NCBI GenBank assembly: GCA_037046615.1
Contig: JBAOHD010000024.1
Coordinates: forward strand, 1 to 64,000
Length of the DNA: 64,000 nt
From: Dermatophilaceae bacterium
GTDB lineage: Bacteria > Actinomycetota > Actinomycetes > Actinomycetales > Dermatophilaceae
Direction: 5' to 3'
Shown here: piece by piece, positions 63,669 to 64,000 of the stretch
How the letters are laid out: each line of letters begins with the position of its first letter
How positions within the stretch are numbered: the stretch's first letter is position 1
Program-made: the position numbers and the translations under genes
The notes under the pieces: generated by a model
Seen by the model: the letters and a program-made list of their open reading frames with translations, nothing else
Databases searched by the model: none
What the model was told of the DNA's origin: nothing

Positions 63669-64000
63669 GGAGGCTGCTATTTCTTTGTCACGTCTTCGAC
63701 GATCTTCGTCCAGAGACCCTGGCGCGCCGAACAGCTTGTTGCTCACCTGATCCCAGCCGCCGAGCTCTGCAATCGTGAAGAGTCGAGCCGGTTGCGGGAG
63801 CGTGGCGGCCGGGGTACCGGCACTGCTTGTCCAACGGGCGAAAGCCCAATTCAACGAAGGCAGCCTGTGCCTCCGGTCCGTGGAGAAACGCGACGAACGC
63901 GTCTGCGAGATCCCTGGCCTTGTGGCGGTCGGCATAGGTGTCGACGACCGCCGCCGGGTTTTCGATCCAGACGGTTTCGGCCGGCACGATGATTTCATAG
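63669..64000 (-). CDS. sbp: sulfate-binding protein Sbp/CysP, C-terminal part (frameshifted; the gene runs off the window)
   Basis: PAETVWIENPAAVVDTYADRHKA..DLADAFVAFLHGPEAQAAFVELGFRP and FTIAELGGWDQVSNKLFG...QGLWTKIVEDVTKK* lie in two frames, immediately upstream of cysT. Confidence 0.55.

Overview
High-GC actinobacterial DNA that appears to be three unrelated blocks joined end to end. Block A (1 to ~17080, ~77% GC) carries ordinary housekeeping genes: partial deoC, two aldehyde dehydrogenase genes, NUDIX, NfeD and SPFH, rhodanese and sufE, oligoendopeptidase F, tRNA-Leu, glnA, rpsO-pnp and the 5' end of murI. Almost every gene there is broken by frameshifts. Block B (~17080 to ~62505, ~69% GC) is a Mycobacteriales-like core region whose gene order resembles M. 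tuberculosis Rv0984-Rv0996 and Rv0861c-Rv0884c. It holds the 3' end of an AI-2E transporter, a rimJ-like GNAT, moaB-moaC-moeA, galU, 5-formyl-THF cyclo-ligase, a CPA1 antiporter, FmdB, MTAP, mscL, a 1373-aa Hhe-like DUF4011 helicase-nuclease, tRNA-Arg(CCT), a LysR regulator, NlpC/P60 behind a probable c-di-AMP riboswitch, ideR, photolyase, pdxH, citA, serC, LCP, an NCS2 permease, DUF3027, csp, an XPB helicase with its partner protein, hmgL, an HtrA-like protease, helD and an HD hydrolase. Block C (~62505 to 64000, ~60% GC) is a fragment of an sbp-cysT-cysW sulfate ABC transporter operon on the minus strand. The strongest unexplained signal is a 9-mer, RCGGCATAC (and its reverse complement GTATGCCGY), found about 75 times in block B and never in blocks A or C. 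It sits in both orientations, in every coding frame and in intergenic hairpins. No CRISPR array, integrase, transposase or prophage was seen.
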